Assembly: GCA_965207225.1 (NCBI GenBank)
Contig: CBDBLV010000004.1
Coordinates: forward strand, 736,001-800,000
Reading direction: 5' to 3'
DNA: 64,000 nt
Source: Dehalococcoidia bacterium
GTDB taxonomy: Bacteria > Chloroflexota > Dehalococcoidia > Plut-88900
In this document: piece after piece, positions 30,915 to 42,012 of the stretch
How positions within the stretch are numbered: position 1 is the stretch's first letter
How the letters are laid out: each line of letters opens with the position of its first letter
Notes under the pieces: model-generated
What the model was told of the DNA's origin: nothing
The model's database searches: none
The model's input: only the letters and a program-made list of their open reading frames with translations
Program-made: the position numbers and the translations under genes

Positions 30915-33900
30915 TCACCCCTTGTACTCCAATCTATATGTCGCAGGATATAAAATCAGTCTTTTTTGTTTCCCCATTTCCACCAACAGGCTGGCACGAA
31001 TCGAGATCGGAGCACCATTCGCATCTATCAATACTAACGAATACAACTCTGGAGTTTGTAGACAGAGCTCCCAGATGTCCGCACCCAAATGTAATGGTTC
31101 TTGCTGGATACAATGTTCTTTGGGCCAGTAATACTGCAAGATGTCCCCTTGGGCGGATCTGAGTTCCCAAGGGAAAGCATTCCCTGAAGTTTTCCCCAAT
31201 GATCTCCCATCCGCATGACCATATTTGCCGGTTCCGTTCGACGCGAATCCCTTCGCTTGCGCGAAGCGTTCAATAAGACTCTGCCGAGGGGGGCTGGCAG
31301 ATCGCCGTGACACGGGAACTTGTGGTTCATTGGCGCCGTTGTCTTCGTCAGCTAGTGGCGCGGATTCACCTACTCGCATATCATCTAAAGCCAGACCATC
31401 TCGTGGTAGGCCAGCAACCGCGCCCTGTTCTTCTCCAGTATCAGGCTGCACCTTCTGGGTATTCGAGCGGTCTAGTTCCTCTTCATCTACCGGCGGCGCA
31501 AGTTTGAAGTTGTCTTCTAGATACTCGTGAACGAAGTCCGTGGACCTGTCGTAGCAGAGCTTGATGGCTTCGGTGATCGCCTGCAGATTGAAAGCCTTAG
31601 CAATCTCTTGAGGTACTAATCTGGCCATCTTCGCGGCAGAACTCTCTTGCACATAGAGACGGTTGTCACGCCACAGTACATCAATCGAACGTGGCGTGCC
31701 GACAGGGGTTCCGTCAATATATGGCTCAGATTTCAGCCCCCGGGCAACTTGCCACCTAGTCTGGGACAGCCGGTGAGCTTGTTCACGAACGCGCTCCATT
31801 TGATTGGGGTCGTCCAAAATAATCCGTTGCAGCCCCGCGCCAAGCGCGATGAGCCAATCCCTTCCCTGGGGATTTGGAAGCCCCGATTGTCCCTGAAATC
31901 GTTCCTCGATTGCTCCGGCTAGTGTTGGGAGGGTCGAGAATGGGTGGCTCTGACATATCTCAGAAGAAAGCGACTGGAAGTCTGCAGTCTTGCCCTTGAC
32001 TCCCGGGAATAGGTGGCTCCACGACGAGAGCGACTGCATTGTAAGAGAGTAGCTGAGACTTTCAACAGACACCCAGTTTCCCTCGAGGTTCAGCCAATGG
32101 GCAGTTTCACTCCAAATGCGGCCAGGATAAACTGGCATTACACGGCGGATGCGTCTGACTTGAGTAGCACTCAGTTTCCCGTTGGGAGGCAGCCCCTTCA
32201 ACCATTCTATCTCCATGTCTGGGGTCGGACGTTCCGGCACTCCTATCTTTCGCCACAACGATAGATCCCGCAATGAAGGATGGATTAGAGCGACTCCTGG
32301 CACACCCTCGCCATCAGAACTCAAGAAGACCTCATTCGAAGTCGCCCATTCATCCTGGTCGGTGAGAATCAATGGGTTATTGGCCAATGAGTTCTTGATC
32401 TCTTGGACCTCTGAGGTGGAACATCGGTCGAATAGCTGGTCGAGGGAATGGCACCACTTCTGTACTTCAGGAAGTAGAGGGGGATTGACACCAGCTAGTG
32501 CACGCAGCCGTTCCAGAATCCGCTCCGGTCCTGTCGGGGTGTCGCGGACCCCCAGCAATTTCAACAAGGGCCTCGTCGCCTCCGTATCCAAGTCTGCTCT
32601 AATGAAAGGTTCAATATCTCTAAGAGGTTCCGTCTCAGGAGTGCGCAGGAAAATTTCCGCCGGTTGGCGAGCTTGTCCCCAAATGTCCTCAAGGCAAGGC
32701 AGGCCCTGAAACCGAATAATCCACTCGGGTAAGAGTGGCTCCTGGGTCACATGACGAGAGTAGGTATTACCCAATTGAGACACTCGGGCTGAAGTCGCAC
32801 CTGACCAGTACGAAGGGGGTTGCTCCAGAATGTGAGTCATCAGCGTGGCCCAGAATCGGTCGTCATCCTTGGCTAAGGAATTCCAATACTTCCAGTGGAT
32901 GGCATCGAAATCCCAATCTGTGACCCTAAAGTTGTCGCGCTTGTAGTGAAAGTATGGTTTGCCATCGAATCCACGTCGCCCAAGGTCCTCTGTTAACCCG
33001 GACCGGCTCCAAACATTCCTCATGATTTGGCCTGGTGATACGAAAGTGCGGAGCCCACTGCCGGCTGACCGGACCCACTGTCGCCATTCGGCATCAGTGC
33101 ATGATTCAGAAGGTTGCATGTATGAGTCATGGAGAACGTTTTGCTTGTACCAGCTTTCATCTACAAACTGGTCTAAAGAGCCATCAGTGTCGGCAAATGT
33201 AGGGTTGCTGTCCGTTGAGCGAAGCTTAGCGTCTTGACTCACATACTTGAAGCTGCCGGGGACGTTAGCTTCGAGCTTTGCGGCTATGTGCGCAAGGCGA
33301 GCGCAGTCCTTAATCTTTAGACGACCTTGGGAAAAGAAGGCGTTGGTAACCTGGTTGAATATTTGATGTATGCTTGTAGCCTCGCCTAGTCTGAGCACCC
33401 GGAGCACACTTAAGGCCGAGCGCACCTGGTCCGCCCAAGCTTCGTCGGTGCTTGTGTCACCATTCCGCCATTTCTGTAATGTGCGGACCCAGTCTTCATC
33501 GAGCGCGAGTAGATGAGGAGCGAGAAACTCCCAGTCGGCGGGCTTTAGAGATCGACTCTCACCAAGCCGGACTACTTCACTGGCCGCGTAGAGTGATTCT
33601 TTTCCTTGGACCGGCACAATACGAATATTGCGGCGGTCGGGTCGAAAACTGGTTATTTCCACCGAGACGTAGTCCCACAAACCCAACAATCGCCGCCAGG
33701 ACGTGGGTCGGGGCAGGCGGTTGTTCTGCAGCGTCTCGATTACCTGGGGCTTGTCCAGAGTCTTGACATGATCCCGGTTGACCAATTTTGCCTGGTCTCG
33801 TTGGCTAACGTGCCGAGACAATATCGGCAGGCCGTCCGAACTGAAGCCTGTGGATACTTGGGAAGACGACCAGACGTCCAACAACGCGCCAGGCACTGCT

Positions 33901-35057
33901 AGGCAGTTGTTAGAGGGCTCAAGGGTATTGGTTTCGGTTATCAGAAACTCTGTTCCTTCAATCCTCACCTCAAAGCTCTCTTCGACGATGGAACCACAGC
34001 TCCCCTCGATAGTGCTGTCATTACGGTCAACATCTGGGAGCAGTCCGTATCCGGAACACCGTTCTTCTATTGGAAGAGACTTCCTACCTAGCCAGGCGAG
34101 CATTGCATCTGCTGCCAGTTCGCCGGTACGTTGCAACAGCCAACTATTGGTGGGAGACAATGCGGGGTCTTTGATCTTCATCCTAGCCGGGTCCTGGATG
34201 AAGGGAGCGTTGCAGGCAAACGGGAGTTGAGTCACCACCCCCGTGGGAAGGACAACAAAAAGTCGTCCTTCCATGCCCAGAACGATTTCGACTCTGCACG
34301 GAGGAAAAGTCGTGCTATCGTCTGTGGTCATGCGCTCATCTTTGATCTCATTCAGGGCGTCCTCGGGAAATTCTTCCTCAAGCGAGCGAACTAACAGGTA
34401 CTGATTCCCAGGTGTGTTCGACACCGACATCCACTCTGATCCCTCGACGGGGCCGTTCCCTTGCGACTCCCATCGAATTTCCCCCTCATCAAATCGGAGA
34501 CAGCGGATGCTATTGAAGAACAAGAGCGAAGCCGGGCTTTCACTCCATTCCTTGAGGTTCTTGACCAGCTCTTGTTGCACTCGTTGATTCTGGATGACCA
34601 CGCGGACTTCAGTACGGCCGTCGACCGTTCCAGAAGATTCAGTCCACACTGGCTCAGTAAACCTTTGCTTCTCAAAAGCGACTGAGAGTGTGGGAGTAAC
34701 CAGATGTACCTCGTTACCCAAGCTGAATGTGCTCTTGAAACCCACACCTCTGAATCCGATGGTATGCAAGGTACGCTTGTTGGAGAATCCAAATCTGCAC
34801 AGCGAAGCGAACTGCTCTTCGTTGAAGTCTTCCCCGTTGTGGGAAAAGATGAACTCACCATCGCTGATTTCAACGCTTGCGTCCGTTGCTCCGGCATCGT
34901 CCGCGTTCTGCAATAGCTCGGACACTACGTGGCGAGGACTTTGGACTTGGTTGAAGAGTTGCCGCCAAGGGCCGGCGAGTACGGGGTCTCTGTCAAGTTG
35001 ATCCCACAGCCTGGACGCATCACGCTGTATTCTCTTGAAGTATCCTGGTGGACGCAT
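30915..35057 (-). CDS. Large protein with N-terminal sacsin-like GHKL ATPase domain
   Basis: ELLQNADDAGAT, FSHNG, IGFRGVGFKSTF, FVVLPT..NAPF; TGATG overlap with the helicase stop codon. Confidence 0.85.
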   Translation of the reverse strand: MRPPGYFKRIQRDASRLWDQLDRDPVLAGPWRQLFNQVQSPRHVVSELLQNADDAGATDASVEISDGEFIFSHNGEDFNEEQFASLCRFGFSNKRTLHTIGFRGVGFKSTFSLGNEVHLVTPTLSVAFEKQRFTEPVWTESSGTVDGRTEVRVVIQNQRVQQELVKNLKEWSESPASLLFFNSIRCLRFDEGEIRWESQGNGPVEGSEWMSVSNTPGNQYLLVRSLEEEFPEDALNEIKDERMTTDDSTTFPPCRVEIVLGMEGRLFVVLPTGVVTQLPFACNAPFIQDPARMKIKDPALSPTNSWLLQRTGELAADAMLAWLGRKSLPIEERCSGYGLLPDVDRNDSTIEGSCGSIVEESFEVRIEGTEFLITETNTLEPSNNCLAVPGALLDVWSSSQVSTGFSSDGLPILSRHVSQRDQAKLVNRDHVKTLDKPQVIETLQNNRLPRPTSWRRLLGLWDYVSVEITSFRPDRRNIRIVPVQGKESLYAASEVVRLGESRSLKPADWEFLAPHLLALDEDWVRTLQKWRNGDTSTDEAWADQVRSALSVLRVLRLGEATSIHQIFNQVTNAFFSQGRLKIKDCARLAHIAAKLEANVPGSFKYVSQDAKLRSTDSNPTFADTDGSLDQFVDESWYKQNVLHDSYMQPSESCTDAEWRQWVRSAGSGLRTFVSPGQIMRNVWSRSGLTEDLGRRGFDGKPYFHYKRDNFRVTDWDFDAIHWKYWNSLAKDDDRFWATLMTHILEQPPSYWSGATSARVSQLGNTYSRHVTQEPLLPEWIIRFQGLPCLEDIWGQARQPAEIFLRTPETEPLRDIEPFIRADLDTEATRPLLKLLGVRDTPTGPERILERLRALAGVNPPLLPEVQKWCHSLDQLFDRCSTSEVQEIKNSLANNPLILTDQDEWATSNEVFLSSDGEGVPGVALIHPSLRDLSLWRKIGVPERPTPDMEIEWLKGLPPNGKLSATQVRRIRRVMPVYPGRIWSETAHWLNLEGNWVSVESLSYSLTMQSLSSWSHLFPGVKGKTADFQSLSSEICQSHPFSTLPTLAGAIEERFQGQSGLPNPQGRDWLIALGAGLQRIILDDPNQMERVREQAHRLSQTRWQVARGLKSEPYIDGTPVGTPRSIDVLWRDNRLYVQESSAAKMARLVPQEIAKAFNLQAITEAIKLCYDRSTDFVHEYLEDNFKLAPPVDEEELDRSNTQKVQPDTGEEQGAVAGLPRDGLALDDMRVGESAPLADEDNGANEPQVPVSRRSASPPRQSLIERFAQAKGFASNGTGKYGHADGRSLGKTSGNAFPWELRSAQGDILQYYWPKEHCIQQEPLHLGADIWELCLQTPELYSLVLIDANGAPISIRASLLVEMGKQKRLILYPATYRLEYKG

Positions 35058-38000
35058 CACGTCGGTTCCTCAGACCGGGCTAAGAGGCAGGCAAAGTTAT
35101 AGTTGACGCTGGTTACACCGAAGTCCGGCTCGCTGTTGAACGGCTCTCGCAGGTATCGGGTTCGGTGCTGGCCGTCAGGCAGGAATTCCACCATGGCCAG
35201 AATGAAATCTTCAGGCTTGTTCAAAGAGTAGAGAATCTCATTCCGCGTCACGGTAAGTGTATGCGCTCCGGCGGCTCGGCCTTTTACTTCGATGAACCGG
35301 AGCCTGCCTTCCCCTGGGACTCTGCTTTCAATATCGTATCCACGCTTCTCCGTTTCGTAGTCTACCGGCTCGAATCCAAGGCCTCTCTCAACTTCCATCA
35401 CAATCTTTCTGGCCCTAGCTGCTACCGCTTGTCGGTCCATCGCTCCCGTATCCGTGGACGCCGGTTTCCCAGCCATGTTGGAAAGTAAGCCCATCGGTAT
35501 GACTAGGACACTGCCAAGTATCACGGGCGGTAGAGGAGATAGCTGTCTTTCCAGACGCAACTCCTCAATGCGCTTCTGCATACGCTCCTGCAGCTCAAGC
35601 GAGCGTTTGCGGGCTTCGTCCGAGTTTAGCCTGGCATTGACCTCGCCGGCCTGTTCCTGGATCTTCAACTCGTCGGCGCGGTGGCCCCAATAGTTGATTT
35701 CTTTGGTTAGGCGCTCCTTGACGGCTGCCTCGGTCTTGTCGATGTGATCCAGTCTCTGGTCGCGGACTTCCTTCAAGTGTCCCGGCACAACGTAAGCGAT
35801 AGCGTAATTCTTGGCTGTGTCCTCCAAGTCCCCGGTTAGCCAGGCACATTCCGGTCTGGCGAGAATAGCCTCGACTTCAGGCTCATCCTCCGCTAAGGGA
35901 CGGTAATCAAGGTAAGGAGCATAGTGAGGATGTCTGGCACTGCCTTCAGAATCTAGTTCCACGTACAGCATGCGCTTGGAGATTATTCGGCGTTCGCCGG
36001 ACCTGTTCGTGGTAGCGTCCTGGATGGCGTGATCCAAGTAGAAGAGCACTCTTGGTTCCAGTCCCTGGTCGTTTTCGTCCACCAGGACTGCCCCCCGGCG
36101 CAACAAGTCTCGATTCCGTTCCAGTAAGAGGTCTGCTGTTTCATCGAGCAAAGGGTGGCCCGGACAAACGAACGCAGCTAATGGCTGGTCTTGGGGAGCC
36201 TTCAATGCTTTCTCGAAGACAATGCGCTCGTAGCGAGGAAGCACAGTTCTGTTCCGGTTGCGGATGGCTGCTGGCGTCTGGGCGACCCTGTACCGCCGAG
36301 GTTCACGTTCCCTGAGGGTGCCGCCCAGGTGCTGGAATGCCTCCAGGAAGAAGGACTCGATGTAATGGGGCTGTAACCGGCGAGCCTCGGCTCGTTCCAT
36401 TTGCTCGCGTACCCGGTGGACCCGGCTGGTATCCATTGCGTCATGCACCAGCGCCTTCTCTTCCCAAAGGTCCTTCAAGAAATCATGGTCGAACGCATTG
36501 TCGATTACTTGGGTAAGCTGCCCCCGCACTTCCGGCCGCTCCCCATACCTGATAGCCGCTATGAGCAGATCTCTCAGAGGCTTGCCCTCGAAATGGACCT
36601 TGCCAAGAACATCGAATACTTTGCCGCCCAGCGCATTGCGGGCTTCCTCAAGTTTCTCTAGTAGGCGCTGGTATACTGCCCCTTCGCGAGTTTCCTGCGC
36701 AACCAGATTCCAGAGACGGCAAACTTCGGTCTGACCTATACGGTGGATTCGTCCAAATCGCTGTTCGATTCTGTTTGGATTCCATGGCAAGTCATAGTTG
36801 ACCATGAGATGGGCTCGCTGCAGGTTGATTCCTTCCCCGGCGGCATCGGTGGCAAGCAATACCTGGACTTCCGGATCTAGGCTGAATGACTCTTGGGCCT
36901 TGGCGCGGTCTTCCCGTCTCATGCTGCCGTGAATACAAACTATCGCATCGCTTTGTCCTAACAGGTCGGCGATCCGGCCTTCCAGATATCTGAGCGTATC
37001 GCGGTGCTCAGTGAATATCACCAGCTTTTCGTTGGACATGGTGCGGTTGGCAAATAAGTTAGCCAACTCCTGCCATTTCTTGTCTCCTCCGCTTTGACGA
37101 ACCTCTAGTGCCAAAGCCTCCAATCGTCTCAACGTGGTAATCTCCGCCTTGAGTTCGGCGATAGTGCTGGCTGCGGTAGCCCGGTCCAGTAACTCTCCTT
37201 CAATGTCGTCAACTTCATCGTCAGGGGCGTCTTCAAGGTCTTCGATGTCCTCGTCTTCTATGACGGACGCTGATTTGTTGAGCGCACTCTCTACATCGCC
37301 ATCGCGCTGCAAGGCTTCAAGCTCTCGCATTGTGTTCTCTAGCCTCTCACGCCGACGCCGCAAAGACTGATATATGGCCTCCGGCGAAGAGGCTAAACGG
37401 CGTTGGAGGATGGTAAGCGCGAAACCCACGTTTCCGGCGCGTTTGTTATTTTGCAGGGACGCGGCCCGGTTGAACTCTTCACTTACATACTTGGTCACGT
37501 CGTCGTAGAGATTCTTTTCTCCGTCCGACAGCCGGTATGGCACGGTTTCTGCGATACGTTCCGGCAACAACGGAGTGTTGTCGAACTTGACCAGCTCCTC
37601 TTTCGTCGCACGGCGCATGAGGTCCGATACCTCTGTTGTATGGACGCCGTCCCGGAACCGTCCCTCAAAGCGATCGCTATTGAGCAGCGCCATGAATAGC
37701 TGAAAATCCGTCTCCTTTCCATTGTGTGGCGTGGCCGTCATCAGAAGGAAATGGCGTGTCAGGTTGGACAGGAAGCGCCCTAGCCGATAGCGTTTGGTGT
37801 AGCTAATCTCACCTCCGAAAAAGGTGGCTGACATTTTGTGGGCCTCATCACAGACAATCAAGTCCCACTGGCAGTCAGGGGCGCTCAGTTTGCCTTGGAC
37901 GTTGTCATCGCGGGCCAGCTTGTCCAGTCGACCTATCGCAAGATCGGTTTCCAGGAACCAGTTGCCTGTTCGCGCTGCGTCCAGCTTGTCATTGGTAAGG

Positions 38001-38542
38001 ATTTCGAATGGCAGGTTAAATCGCTGATGCAATTCGTCCTGCCATTGCTCGACCAGATTCCCCGGACAAACTACTAGACACCTTTGTAAGTCGCCACGAG
38101 CGATGAGCTCCTTGATTAGTAGCCCCGCCATAATCGTCTTACCCGCACCAGGGTCGTCCGCAAGCAGAAACCTTAGGGGCTGGCGCTCGAGCATTGCCTC
38201 GTAGACTGCTGTAATCTGATGAGGCAATGGCTCGACTTCTGAAGTGTGGACCGCTAGGACCGGGTCGAACAGGTGGGCCAACTTGATTCGATTAGCTTCG
38301 GAAACAAGGCGAAATAGCTTCCCGTCTCCGTCAAAGCTCCAAGGGCGCCCCTGCTTCACCACCTCAATTCGAGATTCTGAGTCTCGGAAGAGAACCTCTT
38401 CACCGAGTTGACCAGTATGAGTTCTGTAGGTAAGTGTAACGACGTCAGGCCCGTTCCACTGTACGCTGACCACTGTGACGAAAGAGTCGGGTCGGATACC
38501 ACGTATGGCAGTATCAGGTTTCAGGTCTTCAAGTTTGCTCAC
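35057..38542 (-). CDS. SNF2-family helicase with C-terminal DUF3883 nuclease-like domain (DrmD-like)
   Basis: LLADDPGAGKT, DEAHK, TATPH, TDAAGEGINLQ, YDLPWNPNRIEQRFGRIHRIGQ, GYDIES..FIEVKGR. Confidence 0.92.
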   Translation of the reverse strand: MSKLEDLKPDTAIRGIRPDSFVTVVSVQWNGPDVVTLTYRTHTGQLGEEVLFRDSESRIEVVKQGRPWSFDGDGKLFRLVSEANRIKLAHLFDPVLAVHTSEVEPLPHQITAVYEAMLERQPLRFLLADDPGAGKTIMAGLLIKELIARGDLQRCLVVCPGNLVEQWQDELHQRFNLPFEILTNDKLDAARTGNWFLETDLAIGRLDKLARDDNVQGKLSAPDCQWDLIVCDEAHKMSATFFGGEISYTKRYRLGRFLSNLTRHFLLMTATPHNGKETDFQLFMALLNSDRFEGRFRDGVHTTEVSDLMRRATKEELVKFDNTPLLPERIAETVPYRLSDGEKNLYDDVTKYVSEEFNRAASLQNNKRAGNVGFALTILQRRLASSPEAIYQSLRRRRERLENTMRELEALQRDGDVESALNKSASVIEDEDIEDLEDAPDDEVDDIEGELLDRATAASTIAELKAEITTLRRLEALALEVRQSGGDKKWQELANLFANRTMSNEKLVIFTEHRDTLRYLEGRIADLLGQSDAIVCIHGSMRREDRAKAQESFSLDPEVQVLLATDAAGEGINLQRAHLMVNYDLPWNPNRIEQRFGRIHRIGQTEVCRLWNLVAQETREGAVYQRLLEKLEEARNALGGKVFDVLGKVHFEGKPLRDLLIAAIRYGERPEVRGQLTQVIDNAFDHDFLKDLWEEKALVHDAMDTSRVHRVREQMERAEARRLQPHYIESFFLEAFQHLGGTLREREPRRYRVAQTPAAIRNRNRTVLPRYERIVFEKALKAPQDQPLAAFVCPGHPLLDETADLLLERNRDLLRRGAVLVDENDQGLEPRVLFYLDHAIQDATTNRSGERRIISKRMLYVELDSEGSARHPHYAPYLDYRPLAEDEPEVEAILARPECAWLTGDLEDTAKNYAIAYVVPGHLKEVRDQRLDHIDKTEAAVKERLTKEINYWGHRADELKIQEQAGEVNARLNSDEARKRSLELQERMQKRIEELRLERQLSPLPPVILGSVLVIPMGLLSNMAGKPASTDTGAMDRQAVAARARKIVMEVERGLGFEPVDYETEKRGYDIESRVPGEGRLRFIEVKGRAAGAHTLTVTRNEILYSLNKPEDFILAMVEFLPDGQHRTRYLREPFNSEPDFGVTSVNYNFACLLARSEEPT

Positions 38543-38979
38543 TTCGCAACTCCTACAAAGTCATAGCTTTTAAGTGGGAATTGTATCACATCCGCCTTTG
38601 CCCGCTCCAGCGTCAGATGTCCCAGATGTTCAGACGCTCGTCTGAGGGCCACGCCTATGGGGTCCCAGAATCCCCCGGGGTCTTCTTCGTACACCTGCCA
38701 GTACCCTACGAAATCGCCGTTCTCGGTGATCAGATCCGGGACGTTGCGCGTTCTGCCAATCTTGAGAGTGTCGGTCTCCGCGTCATAGTCCGACTTGCCC
38801 AGGGGAATGAAGGTGGAGGCGCCCAGAACTTCAAGCGCGGCTATATCGTGTCCGTCCTCGGTGGCGAGACAGATCACGATATAGGGATCATCCCCCTCCG
38901 GCAACGACGCGCAGATAGCCTCCGGGGTATCCGTCATGACGCTCAGAGCGTCAAATTCCCGTTCAAACGCAATCCGCAT
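38539..38979 (-). CDS. Hypothetical protein with two DUF2283-like repeats
   Basis: MRIAFEREFDALSV..ALEVLGAS and DYDAETDTLKIG..GVALRRAS; GTGA overlap with the helicase start. Confidence 0.55.
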   Translation of the reverse strand: MRIAFEREFDALSVMTDTPEAICASLPEGDDPYIVICLATEDGHDIAALEVLGASTFIPLGKSDYDAETDTLKIGRTRNVPDLITENGDFVGYWQVYEEDPGGFWDPIGVALRRASEHLGHLTLERAKADVIQFPLKSYDFVGVAK

Positions 38980-39449
38980 CTCTCACCTGCGCCTTCTGGC
39001 TTTGTGGTTCTTCATGTACCACCAGCCGTCCTTCGGTGGAGAACGTTGCTGCGGACTGACAGGCAAACACCTGTCCGACGATAGGCCAATCTGTTCCCGA
39101 TTATAACAGAGTAGGTATAAGATTAACGTGATTAGATACCCAGATCTTCATTAAATCAGCGTGAATTCTTCGGGAAGGCGTTGGATAGCGGATACAGAAA
39201 GGGAGAGAGGAGGGGAATAGAGGTAAGTGAACGTCTAGCTTCGTCTGGTCGCCAGCGGCAGGTTGGCTAGAAAGAGGTGCGGCTGAGCAAGGTCGCCCTG
39301 GGCCCTCAGGGGGCTGCGGCCATTCCTTGACCAACTCCGACGGCAAGGCGAGGGCATTGGAAGTTGGCCGGTAGGTGGCAATTGCGTCCAAATCTGTTTA
39401 ACCCGCTCTGCTGCAGACGATCCTGAGCCGTCCGGGACAGCGGTTGCTT

Positions 39450-39810
39450 GGAGGATGTTCATAGCGGATTGCGCCGGCGTACATTGGAAACAGTCGGAAG
39501 TCTTGTCATCCGTATGAATTTCGGCGTCGCGGTCCAGCGCAAGCGCAGTCATGTGGGCTTCCGTTACCAGCTTACCGGCCCGTCCCGCAGCCTCGAGACA
39601 TTGCGCCATCATGATCAAAGCGACCGGCGCCGGAATCCAGTTGAATGAAATGCGGGCGCTGAAACCATTCTTGGACAGTAGAGACGGCTTGACCACCTAG
39701 GCTTAGGGAGCGACTGCGGCTGGACTGGTTGCCGACCTGACGAACCCTACGGATACTGCAAACGGGATACCTACGGTCTCCTGGACGGGCGCAAGCTCTC
39801 TCTTTCCCTC
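39450..39810 (-). pseudogene. VapC/PIN toxin relic
   Basis: VGIPFAVSVGFVR..LEAAGRAGKLVTEAHMTALALDRDAEIHTDD; frameshifted. Confidence 0.6.
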
Positions 39811-40619
39811 GTCTCTCAGCGTCATGCGTCGCAGATCGGGGGCGCTTGGACTACGCTGGGAACGCCCAAAGATTCCTGTCTCAGGCAGCGCGGCGGCATG
39901 GGCGCTGAGGAACGGATCCTGGACGCCGTTGTCCGCGAGTTAGGCCCGCGCCCGGAGCGGGAACTGCGTGGGCCCCACATCGTCGAAGGGGATGAGGATG
40001 ACGGGAGTTGCGCCATAGTCGTCGGAGGGTTGCAGGCGGTTATGCAGTGGAGGTAGGGATTTATCCTAACGGGCGCTTGGCGCAGCGGTCCCACTCCAGA
40101 ACCAAAGGCAGTTGTTACTGTCCCAGCCAGACGACCCTGGCGGCGTCAGGAAGTATCGCTCGCGTCCTGCCTCATATCAGGAAGTATCGGGCCGTTCTGT
40201 GGGGAGACGTCAGTTCGGTGAGCGTCGCGTCGGGAAGTAACTTACAGCGCCTGGGCGCTCGATGGCTCAGGCGAACTGCCGGAACTCTGCGCCCCTCACA
40301 CTTGCCTTCCCATCCCACCGACGGACCAATAAGATTGACGAGGCCGCCACGTCACGCCTATCACTATGGGCAAGCGCGCGTATTCCATTGTCTGAGGGAA
40401 CAAACCTGCGGCCCTCGGCGTCCGGCAGATTCAGGGCGACGATCAGTATGGAATCGCTAGCTGTTCCCTGAGCGCGTACATCCGGCTCGTCTCGATTCCG
40501 AGCAGACTCGTGTCGGTTCGCTCCATCGGCCAGTACGCCAGCGCGCCCGGCGGCGCGTGGAACGAGCGCGAGCGGCGACCCGGACTGCGGCTCCGCACTT
40601 GGAACACACTCACGCGCGC

Positions 40620-40986
40620 TAGACCGGATGCTGACTCGCTTTCCCAAGTGGAAGACCGGCGCCGCCAGGAAGGACAACGAGGGTCCAACCTCCACGGGTG
40701 GGCGAAGATTGGGACGACCCTGTGACCTGACGTGGCTCAGCGTGTCCGGCAGCCTCCGAGATCCGGCGGTTAGCCCGGACGGCAGGAAGCGCTCCCTATC
40801 TCCTCGGAGTCGTACCAGTATGATGAAGGCTCCGGCGCCGGTCAGCGACCGCGCGCTGTCCAAGACCCCTTGCAGAACCGTGTCAAGGTCCAGGCCCTCG
40901 TTGATGCGCGGGCTGGCATCCCTCAGCCGGGACAGCCGGTCTCTGAGGGCTTGTATCTTCACGTCGCGCGCATCGCCTCGATTCAT
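40620..40986 (-). pseudogene. GAF-containing sensor kinase N-terminal relic (mirror of 21689-22060)
   Basis: IQALRDRLSRLRDASPRINEGLDLDTVLQGVLDSARSLTGA..SFLAAPVFH. Confidence 0.65.
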
Positions 40987-41490
40987 CGCTACCCCTCCGG
41001 TTGGTCTGCGGAACACGCGTCTCTCGGGTCAACGGCAAGCGGCCAGACGGAAAGCCCGATTGAGATGCGCAGGGGCAACCATAGCGGTTCCTACCCAAAA
41101 CTCACGGTAAACTCATGATAAATCGGCGATATTCTCACGGCAATCTTACACATATTCTGTTTAGTCTGCGGTACACTTGCCTCGTTTTGGGCGGTTGGGG
41201 CGTCGCGGAAGTCGCTTCCCACCCTGGAACCGCGAGGAACGCCCCGGTTCGACCGCTGTGGAGAATACGCCTGTGGAGAAAGTACGTGGGGCGGCCTGGT
41301 CGACTGCAGCTTCGAAAGCGTCTCCGCCAGTTACGCAGCTGGGCGACAGCTTGGTCGGTCGGAAGGACATGAGAACAACGAACGGCGACGAGACGGCTTC
41401 TCGCGAAGCGGGCGGTGCAGTGGGCGACATCCGAGGAAGAACTGAGAGAACCATGTTATCCGCTGGACATTCCCGTAGGCGGTCTTGTGA

Positions 41491-41850
41491 ATGAAACTTG
41501 GAGGGGCCAACCGATTGTCGAATCGCACCATTCGAAACGCCGCGATTGGCGTGCCGACCGCGGTGGTTACATTGACGGCGCTCCTGTCCGGCAGCACTTG
41601 GGCGCAGGACGCGTCCCCCGCCTCTCCATCGGGCAAGCTCGTCGTCGCACCGCTGTCGGTCCAGCGGGAACAGACGGCCTTGGAGATGGGCTTCCACGTC
41701 GAACCCGCCTATCTAGAAGTGAGGATTGAGCATCGCGAGCGCTTCACCCCAGAGGGAGAATGGCGCGACGACGCGGGAACCCCTTGGATGGCGCTAGGAG
41801 CAATCGCGCCGACTTGGGTCGCGCTGAACGCAACGCCCGCTCGGTCATAG
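41491..41850 (+). pseudogene. Signal-peptide-bearing protein fragment
   Basis: AVVTLTALLSGSTWAQD signal-like N-terminus; most of it is deleted in the left arm (~21075). Confidence 0.4.
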
Positions 41851-42012
41851 AGGACACGATTCGACGCGTCGTCGCAGACACCGGGAGCAAAACGCGGTGG
41901 GTGGGACGACATACGACTCTGATGGATTACACGGCGTGTCAGGCTCTACCCATGCCGTTGGATCAACATATGTATCTGTACCCAGATTCTCTGAGAATGT
42001 GACGAGGCGATT

